DNA from: Candidatus Bathyarchaeota archaeon
Lineage (GTDB): Archaea > Thermoproteota > Bathyarchaeia > Bathyarchaeales > Bathycorpusculaceae
Direction of reading: 5' to 3'
Assembly: GCA_963833575.1 (NCBI GenBank)
Contig: CAWHXY010000004.1
Location: 1,088,001-1,152,000, forward strand
Length of the DNA: 64,000 nt
Notes under the pieces: model-generated
What the model was told of the DNA's origin: nothing
The model's database searches: none
What the model saw: only the letters and a program-made list of their open reading frames with translations
Shown here: piece after piece, positions 21,163-31,180 of the stretch
Numbering within the stretch: position 1 is the first letter of the stretch
How the letters are laid out: each line of letters begins with the position of its first letter
Position numbers and translations under genes: made by a program

Positions 21163-22062
21163 ATGAGTTATCTTGACCTTTTCACTTCGCAAACAAACGT
21201 TTTCAGCGGCATGCAAAAGACTTTTGAAGAAGCGAAATACGTTATTTTCGGGGTGCCATTTGATGCAACAAGCTCTTATCGCTCAGGGGCAAGGTTTGGA
21301 CCCAACGCGATCAGGCAAGCATCCCTAAACATTGAAACCTACAGTTTCCGCAGCGGAATTAACATTGAAGATTTAGCCATCTATGATGCTGGAGACTTAC
21401 ATGTTTCATCTGACGTGACAAAAACGGTTGATATGACCCGTCTCGTGGTTGAAGATATTTTAAACGCTGGAAAAATCCCAGTTGCTATTGGCGGAGAACA
21501 CACAATTACACTTGGAATTGCAAAAGCTCTTAGCGCCAAAGCAGCCAAAACGGCAGTGATAAGTTTTGATGCGCATTTAGATTTACGCTGTGAATTTTTA
21601 GGTTCAAACCTGTCGCACACTACGTTTATGCAGTTGATAAACGAGGAAGTGACGCCAGCGAAAATAATTGAAATTGGCACCCGTTCAGTTTGCAGAGAAG
21701 AACTAGCTTACGCCAAGAAGACGGGGATAGAATTTTTCACTTCACAACAAATCATTAAGAAGGGTTCAGAGCAGGTTGCTGAACAGTTGAAAGAGAAACT
21801 TGCGTGTTACGATAACTTGTATTTGACTGTGGACATGGATGTGCTTGATCCAGCGTTTGCTCCTGCAGTGCAGAACCCTGAGCCTGAAGGCATCACCACA
21901 ACCCAGCTACTGGATCTTGTTTTGGCTCAATGTAGCAAACGCGTTATAGGCTTTGACGTAGTAGAAGTGGCACCGATTTATGATCAGGGCGTCTCTGCAG
22001 TTGTTGCAGCTAAAGTCATATTTGAAATGCTTTGTCAACTGGAAAAATCTGGAAAAAAATAA
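21163..22062 (+). CDS. speB: Agmatinase
   Basis: GGEHTIT, DAHLD, DMDVLDP ureohydrolase motifs; GARFGP. Confidence 0.92.
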   Translation: MSYLDLFTSQTNVFSGMQKTFEEAKYVIFGVPFDATSSYRSGARFGPNAIRQASLNIETYSFRSGINIEDLAIYDAGDLHVSSDVTKTVDMTRLVVEDILNAGKIPVAIGGEHTITLGIAKALSAKAAKTAVISFDAHLDLRCEFLGSNLSHTTFMQLINEEVTPAKIIEIGTRSVCREELAYAKKTGIEFFTSQQIIKKGSEQVAEQLKEKLACYDNLYLTVDMDVLDPAFAPAVQNPEPEGITTTQLLDLVLAQCSKRVIGFDVVEVAPIYDQGVSAVVAAKVIFEMLCQLEKSGKK

Positions 22063-22256
22063 TGATTCGCAACTGTTAACGTCAATGATAGTTGACGCAG
22101 CATTGTTCTAATCCGTTAATTTTTTCAAAATTCTTTTTGCCCCTGTTTATATTGTAACTTCAAGGTGTTTTAGCCCATTTTGGAAAGCCATAAATAAACG
22201 TTGAATGTGTATAAATTGAGATTAACCAAGAAAAGTAACTTTAGATATAGAAACCT

Positions 22257-24572
22257 TTGGAGAGATGGCTTAAAGTGGGGGAAGGAATTAAAGACAAACT
22301 TAGTGACCGTATGGAACCGTTACGTATTACGGTTAGCCACGGTTCAATAATTGCAATCGCTGCATTGGCGCTAATATTGTTTGTAGCTTTTGTTATTCGT
22401 ATTTTACCTTTACGCTGGGAAAATCTCTCTGGAGGCACAGCACTCCTTAACGAATTTGACCCCTATTATCAATTTGGAATTACCCAGCATATGGTTAATT
22501 TCGGTTTGCTTTCACCTTATTTGGGCACGGGTTGGGTTAACACTCAACTTTGGTATCCATGGGGATATAACATGGCTACCTCGTTGCCATCAACTCCCAT
22601 TACAGGAGCGGTGCTGTATGACATTGTCAAGGTGTTTGGTGCAAACATTGATTTAATGACGTTTTGCTCGTTGATACCGCCATTTATTGGTGTGCTTTCA
22701 TGTTTAGTAGTTTATTTCTTAGGCAAGGATATGGGTGGTAAAGCAGTTGGTTTACTAGCTGCGCTATTTTTTGCTCTAGAACCATCAATTGTACAAAGAA
22801 CTTCTCTCGGGTTCTTTGATACCCAAGTTGTAGGTACACTCGGTCTAGTACTGTTTATCTTTCTATTCCTAAGATCAATTGACAACAATAGATCGATACG
22901 TGCTTCAGTATTGTACTCCTTAAGCGCTGCCGCAGCTTTAGCATATTTCATAGGCGGTTGGGGAGGAGCATACTACATACTTGGTTTAACCGTCTTGTTC
23001 GTCTTTGTCGTAATCTTACTAAAGAGATACAGTCAAAGACTTTTGCTGAGTTACAGCATAACTTTCGGGTTAGGATTATTTATTGCAACGAAGATTCCAT
23101 ATATTTCCCTTAGCTACTTAACTACATATGCGGTTCTTCCAATTGCCGCAGGATTCCTTTTGCTTCTTGTCGCAGAGACTTTACGTCAGAACCTGTCTGC
23201 TAAAACAAAACTCACACTTGCAGTTTCAGCAATAGTCGTAATTGCCGGCTCTTTTGTTGTTCTGGCGCTAACTGGATATCTAGGAAGAATTGCAGGAAAA
23301 TTCGATACCGTTATCGATCCATTCATAAGAGCCTCAGCACCCATCATCAATTCAGTCGCAGAACAGCAAATTTCCGCCTGGGGAAATATCTACATCGAAC
23401 TAGGCATTGGAATATTGTTCTTCCTCGTCGGTTTATACCTGATAATAAGAAACCCGACTACAAAAAACGTTTTCTTAATAGTATTTAGCATTACAGCGCT
23501 TTACTTTGCAGCTTCAATGGTGCGTTTGCTTGCGATTTTTGCGCCTGCGTTCGCAATAGTAGCAGCAATAGGCATTTTGGGCATAATTAAACCGTTTTAC
23601 ACTTTACTACAGGAGAGTCCACGTACAATCGCTAAAACAAAGCGTAAACTAGCACGAGTAAGCAAAGAATACAGTGGTGTTGCAATTTTCTTGATATTTA
23701 TGATATTGGTAACAAACTTTGCTTTCTCGCCACAAACAGGTGGAGTGCCAAGAGCCATTAACCAAGCTTTCATCCCAACTGCGATTAGTGCTTCAAGCCT
23801 TCCGATAGGTGGTGCAAGTCTAAGTCAACCTGTAAGTGCATGGCTTAATTCGGTAGATTGGCTAAAATCTAATGTTCCCTCAAATAATGTGGTGGTTTCA
23901 TGGTGGGACTATGGGTTCTGGCTATCTTACCTTGGAAACGTTACAACATTAAATGATAATACCACAGAAAACACGACACAGATTGAAAACGTAGGCTTCA
24001 TCTATATGGCTCCCGAAAACGACTCAATGAAAATGCTAGCTACTTACAATGACTACAACAATCCTGCTCGCGTTAACTACATTATGGTCTTCACAGTCTT
24101 ACAGATCAGCCAATCAAGCAGCGGTGGCTCATCATACGTTGCTAGCCCTGCAGGATACGGCGATGAAGGTAAATGGGTATGGATGGCAAGAATTTCAGGT
24201 GGCGCCAAAGACAGGCTAATAAATGATGGCTTCATGAACGCGTCCGCAGCATGGACAGACGAAAAAGCTTTCGGATCAACTTCCACGACGACCGGACAAT
24301 GGCAATGGAACCTCCAAGGCGAAAACAGCACAGTCTACGAACTCATGAACTATGCAGAAGTAACATATTGCAACAACATAAACAGCTTAAACGTGGGCTA
24401 TACAATCACGCCAAGCGCAACAACTTCACCTCCAACCTACTTCCAAGAAGCATACTTCGGTGGTTTAGACACATCACCAGGCCAATACGGCGGATTAGTA
24501 CCATTAGTAGCTATCTACAAGATCGACTGGAATGCATACTATAACGCAACCGGCACAACAGGGCCAACCTAA
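22257..24572 (+). CDS. aglB: Oligosaccharyltransferase catalytic subunit (STT3/AglB)
   Basis: EFDPYY, SVAEQ, WWDYG motifs; large multi-TM N-terminal domain. Confidence 0.95.
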   Translation: MERWLKVGEGIKDKLSDRMEPLRITVSHGSIIAIAALALILFVAFVIRILPLRWENLSGGTALLNEFDPYYQFGITQHMVNFGLLSPYLGTGWVNTQLWYPWGYNMATSLPSTPITGAVLYDIVKVFGANIDLMTFCSLIPPFIGVLSCLVVYFLGKDMGGKAVGLLAALFFALEPSIVQRTSLGFFDTQVVGTLGLVLFIFLFLRSIDNNRSIRASVLYSLSAAAALAYFIGGWGGAYYILGLTVLFVFVVILLKRYSQRLLLSYSITFGLGLFIATKIPYISLSYLTTYAVLPIAAGFLLLLVAETLRQNLSAKTKLTLAVSAIVVIAGSFVVLALTGYLGRIAGKFDTVIDPFIRASAPIINSVAEQQISAWGNIYIELGIGILFFLVGLYLIIRNPTTKNVFLIVFSITALYFAASMVRLLAIFAPAFAIVAAIGILGIIKPFYTLLQESPRTIAKTKRKLARVSKEYSGVAIFLIFMILVTNFAFSPQTGGVPRAINQAFIPTAISASSLPIGGASLSQPVSAWLNSVDWLKSNVPSNNVVVSWWDYGFWLSYLGNVTTLNDNTTENTTQIENVGFIYMAPENDSMKMLATYNDYNNPARVNYIMVFTVLQISQSSSGGSSYVASPAGYGDEGKWVWMARISGGAKDRLINDGFMNASAAWTDEKAFGSTSTTTGQWQWNLQGENSTVYELMNYAEVTYCNNINSLNVGYTITPSATTSPPTYFQEAYFGGLDTSPGQYGGLVPLVAIYKIDWNAYYNATGTTGPT

Positions 24573-24597
24573 ATAGCGCAAAAACAAGGGAGCAAAA

Positions 24598-25446
24598 TTG
24601 TTTCCAAAGGTTCCTGATCAACATAAAGTTGGTCAACCTTTAATTTCCAACGGTTTAGGCGTGCTCTACGTCCTATTCACAACCGTCTATCTTTTCATTC
24701 TGTATTTTTTAAAAATACCAAATGCTTCTGCCCCGTTCACGCTTGCCGGATGTATTCTCTTTGGCGGTTTCATGGGATTACTTGATGACTGGGTAGACTT
24801 GAAATGGCGATACAAAGCATTTATGCCTTTAATTGCCGCGTTGCCGTTGATAGCCTTCGCGCAAGAAGCGCAAGCAAGAACATCTATAGCATTACCTTTC
24901 ATTGGAACCATCCAGTTCGGTTCGTTATACTTCTATGTAATTATCCCTCTAATTGTTATGATAATTACAAACACAGTGAATATGCTTGGCGGCTTAAACG
25001 GTTTAGAAACAATATGCCCAGCTGTAGTCATATTGGGCTTAATGACAATATCGCCACTCTATGTTCTAATGGTTGCACCCCTATTATTTTGGCTAGTTCT
25101 AGGCTACCTTAATTTTAACGGAAAGATTTTTGTGGGCAACTCAGGATCTTTTGCCATAGGCATAACTATAGCGTCATTCGCCGTTATTTCCGACTTAAAA
25201 CTAAGTCTCCTCGTCATGATTTTGCCATATATCTTCAATTCATCCCTAATACTATTGACAATTTTCTTCACACACAAAAGAGCAGCTCTAAGATTTGACG
25301 GAAAAAAGCTAGTCTCTGAACACAAAAAAAGCTTGGTCACTTTAATTACTTATCATCGACCTTTAACTGAGCGTCAAGTAGTCATTATAATAGCCGCAAT
25401 AGTTGCACTTTTTACTTTGCTTGGTGTTATTATCGAATTTTTATAA
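24598..25446 (+). CDS. Polyprenyl-phosphate GlcNAc-1-phosphate transferase (MraY/GPT family, AglH-like)
   Basis: GLLDD, TNTVNMLGGLNGLE, KIFVGNSG motifs; adjacent to aglB. Confidence 0.85.
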   Translation: MFPKVPDQHKVGQPLISNGLGVLYVLFTTVYLFILYFLKIPNASAPFTLAGCILFGGFMGLLDDWVDLKWRYKAFMPLIAALPLIAFAQEAQARTSIALPFIGTIQFGSLYFYVIIPLIVMIITNTVNMLGGLNGLETICPAVVILGLMTISPLYVLMVAPLLFWLVLGYLNFNGKIFVGNSGSFAIGITIASFAVISDLKLSLLVMILPYIFNSSLILLTIFFTHKRAALRFDGKKLVSEHKKSLVTLITYHRPLTERQVVIIIAAIVALFTLLGVIIEFL

Positions 25447-25451
25447 GTTAA

Positions 25452-28157
25452 TTAGCCGAGAAACCTTTCAAGCTTAGTTAAGCCAATAATTTCGTCAAAA
25501 CTTAAGCCTAACGCATCAAGAACTTGATCAAAAGTCGCACGCAAATAAGCGATATACTTGTCAACATCAACTTCATTTCTAGAAGTTAATTCAACAGGTT
25601 TCACATGCGGTTCTCGAATAACCTTAACAAAACTAATCAAATCGCCAGTATGCAGCTCTTTTCCGCTTTCTTGAAGGATTCTTGCAGCTTTCACATGTTG
25701 AGGCGTTGTCTTAGTATAACTTGCAAGTTCATCTCCCAGTGCTACATGGAATGCAAGCTCATTAATGTCAGCCCATTCGCGTCGTTTTAGCCGAGTGTGT
25801 CGTTCCTGAATGATTTTGGCAATTTCTTTTCTTGCATTTTCGAAATCAGATGGAGATTTAACCCTTGCAAGACTGTCTTTCATTTTGTTAAAAGCTTCTT
25901 TTATGAAGATTGGAATATGTTTTTTCTTACCCGTCAAACCTTTTACATCTACAGTGCCGTCTTCCAAAACGCCAAGGTAGTTCTTTTTTCGCGAGCTAAA
26001 GACTGCATATCGATAGACTTTGTCAACATCGATGCCCATATTCAATTCATGCTCGGTGTAGCGGACAACTTCCTCTATCTGTTCTTTAGAAGGGTTTTTG
26101 AGAAAAAGGCTGTCGGTGTCGCCGTAGAGAACTTTTATGCCTACCGATTCAGAATGCTTGAGTATTTGGGTAATAGAGTACCTGCCGATGGCTGCTGTTG
26201 CTTCAGCTACCGGGGGACAGTAAAGGTCGAAGCTGTCTGCGCCAAAGACTCCGTAACTTGCATTCAAAATGACTTTAAGTGCTCCTTGGGTAGTGTTGTA
26301 CCAGCTTCTAAGTTCGGGCGATAGGGTTTTGTCCTTTGATCGCTGTTTATACCATTTCACCCGCAAATCTCGCAGCGAACCTATGAGTAAACTCTCTAGT
26401 GCCCGCTTTTCAGTGCACACCCAATGCTGCGTGTCAGGAATTGTGTGGACTTTGCAGCCGTGGTGTTGGCAATCAATTGACTGATAGCCGAGGTTCCAGA
26501 CTTTGATAATAGATGGATACAGACTCGGGAAGTCCATGACCGCGACGTTAAAGTGCACACCAGGTGTTGGTTCGACTACTATGGCGCCTTTGTATTTTTT
26601 GCCTTTTATTACAGCGGTGGTGGAGGTTTTGCCTTTTTTTGTTAAAATATCTTCTGCGTTTGGTATGAGCATGTTTCTTTTTCGGTGTTCACGATGCATG
26701 AAGTTGCGGATCCAGCGGCTTACACCCTGGCGGCTTACATCTTCCATGGGCATGCTGCTAATTCTTGTAAGCACAAGCATCAGTTTCATTGCTGAATCGT
26801 CATCAAAACTAGTTAGTTTGAAAGTAATTTCTGAATCTCGAAGGCAATAGGCTGCAAGCTCAGAGTAAGTTAGATCTCCAAAGGCTTTTTCTAAATGAAT
26901 TTTTTGGACGCCTAAAAGCGCATTGCCCACATCGTCTAGGCTTACGTCTTTGTAGCGACCGCCGTAAGCGTAGATTTGAACTGACCTGTTGAAGAAAAAC
27001 TTGTATAGATCTATGTGGACACCGTATTTTAGAAGGCAGACCCGTTTACCGACCTCTATTGGAATTTCGCTTCTTCTAAAGCCCAGATTCATAGCTCGAT
27101 GGGTAAGGTAGCGGAGGTCAAAGTCGTCTCCATTGAAAGTTAAAATAAACGGGTAATCCGAGAGCACTGCAAATGTTTTTTTAAGTAAGTCTTCTTCGGT
27201 TTCGCAATATTCGACATCTACGTCTGCTGCCAGATGTTGGTTGCCTTCTCGCAGACCTTCACGCTTGAGAATTAACACTTTTTTTTCACCATCTGAACTG
27301 TAAACTGACACTGCGATTACTGGGCAAGCTCCTTCTCGAGCGTCAGGCATTCTGGTGGATAGCGGTGAATATACTTCTATGTCTATGGCAGCTCTGCGGA
27401 ACTTTGGGGCAGGATACTCTAAGAGTTTTGCCCACATTTCAGCAAAGTCTCGTTCTTCATCTGTGCAGTCGTTGAAGAGAGTTTTTATTTTGTTCAGGTT
27501 TTCTGTGGCTTCTTCAAGCACTTTTGGAACTAAATTGCCGTCTTTAACCTCATAAATCATGCCTGGCAAAAGTTGACGGTCATAGATGTACGATTGATAG
27601 TACTTTATTTTTGACTCCCAAACTTTAGTATCGCTATCCTCTATTCTGCATCCGCAAACAATGGGGTAATCTTCAGGAATTATATCTCTGATTGTGCCAG
27701 CTGGTCTTCCCCCAATTGCTAAAGGATCTTTTGTGGTGATTTTGACAAGGTCAATAACTTTGTTTTCCAAAGGGTCAAACTTTTTTATTTTTTCAAAAGC
27801 GTAGAAACCTTCATGTTTTACTATTCGATCAAATTTCCTCAATTTTTCTATTGTCAAGTTGGTTAAACAGTATGGTTTGTGGCCTGTGTTATCATACCAA
27901 AAGTATATTTCGCCTGATTCAGGCTCATAAAGCTTGATAATTGCTTTCTTTTGACGCCCATCATAAGAGGCTGAAACAAAATATGATGGTGGCAGATTAT
28001 CGGGCGCTATGGGTGGAAAAGCCCGAGTTTTCTTAGTTTTTTTTGGTTCAACTTTAGCAGTAAGAGGGGATGAAGGAGCTGGAGCTACCGCTTTAGCCTG
28101 TTCTTTTACTACAGGTTTAGCTTGCTCACTGCAGTAGTCTAAAAGAGTTCGCGCCAT
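25452..28157 (-). CDS. Family B DNA polymerase (PolB1 type)
   Basis: DIEV exonuclease I motif, FNGDDFD, DFPSLYPSII, KVILNASYG, YGDTDS, KKNY; ATG at 28157 (MARTLLDY) preferred; no intein evident. Confidence 0.95.
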   Translation of the reverse strand: MARTLLDYCSEQAKPVVKEQAKAVAPAPSSPLTAKVEPKKTKKTRAFPPIAPDNLPPSYFVSASYDGRQKKAIIKLYEPESGEIYFWYDNTGHKPYCLTNLTIEKLRKFDRIVKHEGFYAFEKIKKFDPLENKVIDLVKITTKDPLAIGGRPAGTIRDIIPEDYPIVCGCRIEDSDTKVWESKIKYYQSYIYDRQLLPGMIYEVKDGNLVPKVLEEATENLNKIKTLFNDCTDEERDFAEMWAKLLEYPAPKFRRAAIDIEVYSPLSTRMPDAREGACPVIAVSVYSSDGEKKVLILKREGLREGNQHLAADVDVEYCETEEDLLKKTFAVLSDYPFILTFNGDDFDLRYLTHRAMNLGFRRSEIPIEVGKRVCLLKYGVHIDLYKFFFNRSVQIYAYGGRYKDVSLDDVGNALLGVQKIHLEKAFGDLTYSELAAYCLRDSEITFKLTSFDDDSAMKLMLVLTRISSMPMEDVSRQGVSRWIRNFMHREHRKRNMLIPNAEDILTKKGKTSTTAVIKGKKYKGAIVVEPTPGVHFNVAVMDFPSLYPSIIKVWNLGYQSIDCQHHGCKVHTIPDTQHWVCTEKRALESLLIGSLRDLRVKWYKQRSKDKTLSPELRSWYNTTQGALKVILNASYGVFGADSFDLYCPPVAEATAAIGRYSITQILKHSESVGIKVLYGDTDSLFLKNPSKEQIEEVVRYTEHELNMGIDVDKVYRYAVFSSRKKNYLGVLEDGTVDVKGLTGKKKHIPIFIKEAFNKMKDSLARVKSPSDFENARKEIAKIIQERHTRLKRREWADINELAFHVALGDELASYTKTTPQHVKAARILQESGKELHTGDLISFVKVIREPHVKPVELTSRNEVDVDKYIAYLRATFDQVLDALGLSFDEIIGLTKLERFLG

Positions 28158-28308
28158 CCCCAATGTGACCTTAGCTTTCCTATGGCGCAAGGAGACTAAA
28201 ATCTTTACTTACTAAAAATTCTAAATTTACCTTTTGATTACAAGATCAAAATACGCATTTAAAGATGAAATAATTCATAACTATTTGATAAATTTTGATG
28301 TTATGATC

Positions 28309-28455
28309 TTATGCCGTTCGAAGAAAAGGCTCATGCATCGTTTGGATGTGGTTGTTAACCTCTTTTTTGCCATCGAAGATTTTGCCACACTCTGCGCACA
28401 TATATTGTCCTGCTTTGGTTTGAGAGGTACTTCGACGTTTAACCGTTTGACTCAT
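28309..28455 (-). CDS. 48-aa C2H2 zinc-finger microprotein (not in ORF track)
   Basis: MSQTVKRRSTSQTKAGQYMCAECGKIFDGKKEVNNHIQTMHEPFLRTA: Y-x-C-x2-C-x3-F-x8-H-x4-H. Confidence 0.75.
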   Translation of the reverse strand: MSQTVKRRSTSQTKAGQYMCAECGKIFDGKKEVNNHIQTMHEPFLRTA

Positions 28456-28770
28456 TAACTATCATCCTAAATTAGATAAGAGAAGAAAAAAGTTGCATAA
28501 ACTAATTTGTGCGGACATTTCATTACGCACTTTATTAGTTTTTATGTTCTTTCCCCTCAATTAGTTCCCAACGGCGTGTTCCAACTTTCACTATCCATTT
28601 ACCCAGCTTCAGGTACCGACATTTTTCCTCCTTCTTAATTTCGTCTTCTTGACAAACCCTTTACCTCTCATTTTAAGAGCTTAAAATAAGGGCTATTTCC
28701 ATGAAGTTACGCTCTCCACTTTTGAATTCTTATTTAGAAGCACTACCTCTTTTCTATTGCGTGAAAATTA

Positions 28771-30117
28771 TTGCTGAAAGATGCCTGGACAATCGCGATT
28801 GAAACCCTAAGCTGGATGGATATGCAAAAACTAAGCGAACGCTTAGCCTTAGCAAGAACCGTCAAGCAACTCGGCGCAAAAGATCCAAACGCAATACGCT
28901 ATGCATACGGTTTAGTCGTTGAGACTACAAGACGCAGAAACCTCATAGATAAATTCGTCAACACGGTAGTGGCGCCTAAAAAAATCGGCGAGTACAGTTT
29001 AGGCATCCAATCTTTTTTGAGACTTTATGTTTACCAAACACGTGTTACCAAGAACTGGATTAAGATTAATTTGCAAGAAGCAACTCATGTCGCTAGTTTA
29101 GGCAGAGCAATTTTGGGATGGGAAACTCTTCGTGAAATTGAGCCGTTCTTGGGCTTTTTCCTAACTCAACAGCTGAAGCCTATCTTGGCAGGGGCAAACG
29201 ATGTGGAGAAAGTTAGTTTGGAAACTTTTCATCCTTCTTGGTTTGTCAAGTATTGTTATAAGCTCATGGGACGAGACCAAGCCATCGCTTTTCTTGAAGG
29301 CAGTGTAACTCCGCCGCCAACGTACATCAGACTCAATACGCTGGCTGCAACAGAAGAAGCAATCTTGCAAAAAATCGATGCCGAAGGCGTTAAACTAGAA
29401 AAAGCTCAGTCCTTAAAATACACTTACAAAATCGCGGAAATGAAGCAGCCATTAAACACTTTGTCCAGCTACAAAGAAGGTTTATTATATATCCAAGATA
29501 AAGCAAGCTGCTTCGCCGCAGAAGCCGCAAATCCCAAACCAGGTAACACGGTTTTTGATATTTGTGCTGCCCCAGGCGCTAAAACGACTTATTTGGCTCA
29601 ATTAATGCAAAATGATGGCGCGATTTATTCGGTAGATTTCTCAAATAGACGAATGAAAGTATGGAAAAAAGAGACAGCTCGCATGGGCATCAAGATTGCC
29701 TGGCCACTAATAGCGGATGCCTGCGGTGCTTTGCCATTTAACATGCAGGCAGATTTGGTGATTTTGGACCCGCCATGTACAAGTACAGGTATCTTTGCCA
29801 AGCAGCCTTCAGCTAAATGGCGCCTTAGACCCAAATCGGTGGAGAAGATGGCTGCTATTCAATGGCGAATGATTAACAATTGCGCAGAAAAAGTTGCAGC
29901 AGGAGGAGTATTAACTTATTCTACATGTAGCATAACAGTGGAAGAGAACGAAATGATCATTGAGCGGTTTCTGAAGGTGCATCCTGAATTCACGTTAGCC
30001 GAAATGGAGCCTAAAATCGGGTTACCTGGACTAAATGAACTAACAAAATGCCAAAGACTCTACCCACACCTACATCAATGTAACGGCTTTTTTATAGCGA
30101 AACTGCAAAAAGTATAA
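28771..30117 (+). CDS. RsmB/NOP2-family RNA m5C methyltransferase
   Basis: IQDKAS, DICAAPGAKT, LDPPCTSTG, YSTCS. Confidence 0.92.
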   Translation: MLKDAWTIAIETLSWMDMQKLSERLALARTVKQLGAKDPNAIRYAYGLVVETTRRRNLIDKFVNTVVAPKKIGEYSLGIQSFLRLYVYQTRVTKNWIKINLQEATHVASLGRAILGWETLREIEPFLGFFLTQQLKPILAGANDVEKVSLETFHPSWFVKYCYKLMGRDQAIAFLEGSVTPPPTYIRLNTLAATEEAILQKIDAEGVKLEKAQSLKYTYKIAEMKQPLNTLSSYKEGLLYIQDKASCFAAEAANPKPGNTVFDICAAPGAKTTYLAQLMQNDGAIYSVDFSNRRMKVWKKETARMGIKIAWPLIADACGALPFNMQADLVILDPPCTSTGIFAKQPSAKWRLRPKSVEKMAAIQWRMINNCAEKVAAGGVLTYSTCSITVEENEMIIERFLKVHPEFTLAEMEPKIGLPGLNELTKCQRLYPHLHQCNGFFIAKLQKV

Positions 30118-30127
30118 GAACGAAAAA

Positions 30128-30709
30128 TCAATCTGTCGACCCAAAATCTCCAAGCGTTCTCTGTGGCGTTTCTTTAGCGAATAATGGGTAGGTTATTTGT
30201 GTGCCTTCCACATGAGCCATCTCGCTAAGCTGGTGGTTTAGGCAGCTGTTTGAACTAATAATATGTTGTACTTTTATGCGCCGAACCACGAGGGCGTCGG
30301 AGATGAGGCTTCGGTGGCATCGCCAGGGAAGGGCTTCAGCGCACATTAATGCCAGACAGTTTTCCCGAGCAAGTGCAACGATTTTTAATAGGTTGTCGGT
30401 GAACTCTTGGGTTTGCATGTAGTCTGCGTAGCCGCGGAAGCCCAGGTTTTTCCATGCCAAGTTTATGGAGTCATGTTTGGGTCTGCGTAGGCCGCCGATT
30501 TCTGGTATGTGGATGTATTTTATGTTATAGGTTTTGAGTGTGTTTGGTAGGGTTTCTTTGTTAAATTGTGGGTTGTGTCGGCTTCTTGGCACAGTTCGCA
30601 CATCCACTAACAATGTGACGCCGTAAATTTTTAGTAACTCAACAAACTCGTTCATGGTTCTTATGGAGTGACCGATCGTGAAAACAGTTAATTGACGATC
30701 CTTTGCCAA
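30128..30709 (-). CDS. DUF488 family protein
   Basis: FTIGHS, DVRTVPRSR, GGLRR, MCAE..PWRCHR; TTG at 30709 likely start. Confidence 0.88.
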   Translation of the reverse strand: MAKDRQLTVFTIGHSIRTMNEFVELLKIYGVTLLVDVRTVPRSRHNPQFNKETLPNTLKTYNIKYIHIPEIGGLRRPKHDSINLAWKNLGFRGYADYMQTQEFTDNLLKIVALARENCLALMCAEALPWRCHRSLISDALVVRRIKVQHIISSNSCLNHQLSEMAHVEGTQITYPLFAKETPQRTLGDFGSTD

Positions 30710-30794
30710 ATAGGGCCCTTCAGACAGTGATAATGCGTTATTAAAATATAAGATTTCAACAAATCTTGGTGCGGGGATGGTAAACCAGCGTCTC

Positions 30795-31073
30795 TTACGC
30801 AGGTTCAATCGTTGCTTCTAACGGACAGCCTGCTAGGCTTGTTTTTTCATCCTGAAAGAGGCTTAGAATCAACTTTGAAACAGTTATACGTCCATCTTTA
30901 CGCATTTTTGCATAAAAAAACTGCCAGCCCTTATGCAAACCCAAAAAATTTATTCCAGCCTTCAGCGCCTGGTCACTTTCCATTTTAAAACGCCACCGTA
31001 CCAACTTTGGAATCTGCACAGTATTTTTGCTCTGAAGATTCACAGTAAAAGTTACTTTCTCAGTAAGGGGCAT
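30795..31073 (-). CDS. AbrB/MazE-like (swapped-hairpin) DNA-binding protein with duplicated motif
   Basis: Two AbrB-type motifs, LQSKNTVQIPKLVR and MRKDGRITVSKL; TATA-like box 23 nt upstream of ATG. Confidence 0.65.
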   Translation of the reverse strand: MPLTEKVTFTVNLQSKNTVQIPKLVRWRFKMESDQALKAGINFLGLHKGWQFFYAKMRKDGRITVSKLILSLFQDEKTSLAGCPLEATIEPA

Positions 31074-31095
31074 ACAGATTCTTGCATCTAAACAA

Positions 31096-31110
31096 TACTT
31101 AAGCCTTTAG
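31096..31110 (-). promoter_or_regulatory. Putative BRE/TATA (CTAAAGGC TTAAGTA) for leaderless AbrB-like gene
   Basis: TTAAGTA at 31102-31096, ATG at 31073. Confidence 0.55.
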
Positions 31111-31180
31111 AAACGCAAAACAACGCCAATCAACGCAGAAAAACGCATAAACACCCGCCCCAACGCAGAACAACGCAAAA
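31111..31180. repeat. Tandem array, 7 x 10 bp, consensus MAACGCARAA (unit 5 degenerate)
   Basis: aaacgcaaaa caacgccaat caacgcagaa aaacgcataa acacccgccc caacgcagaa caacgcaaaa. Confidence 0.9.

Noticed and set aside
25452-28157. Intein in PolB1 (or topA, Lon)
   Set aside because: Lengths are normal, motifs are contiguous and no C...HN splice signature or LAGLIDADG block was seen.
28234-28458. 74-aa + strand ORF from the track
   Set aside because: Shadow of the minus-strand C2H2 ORF, which has a far better motif.
28500-28700. Short minus-strand ORFs with a GGAGG-like site
   Set aside because: Frames with a start codon give only 7-20 codons and the longer frame lacks a start.
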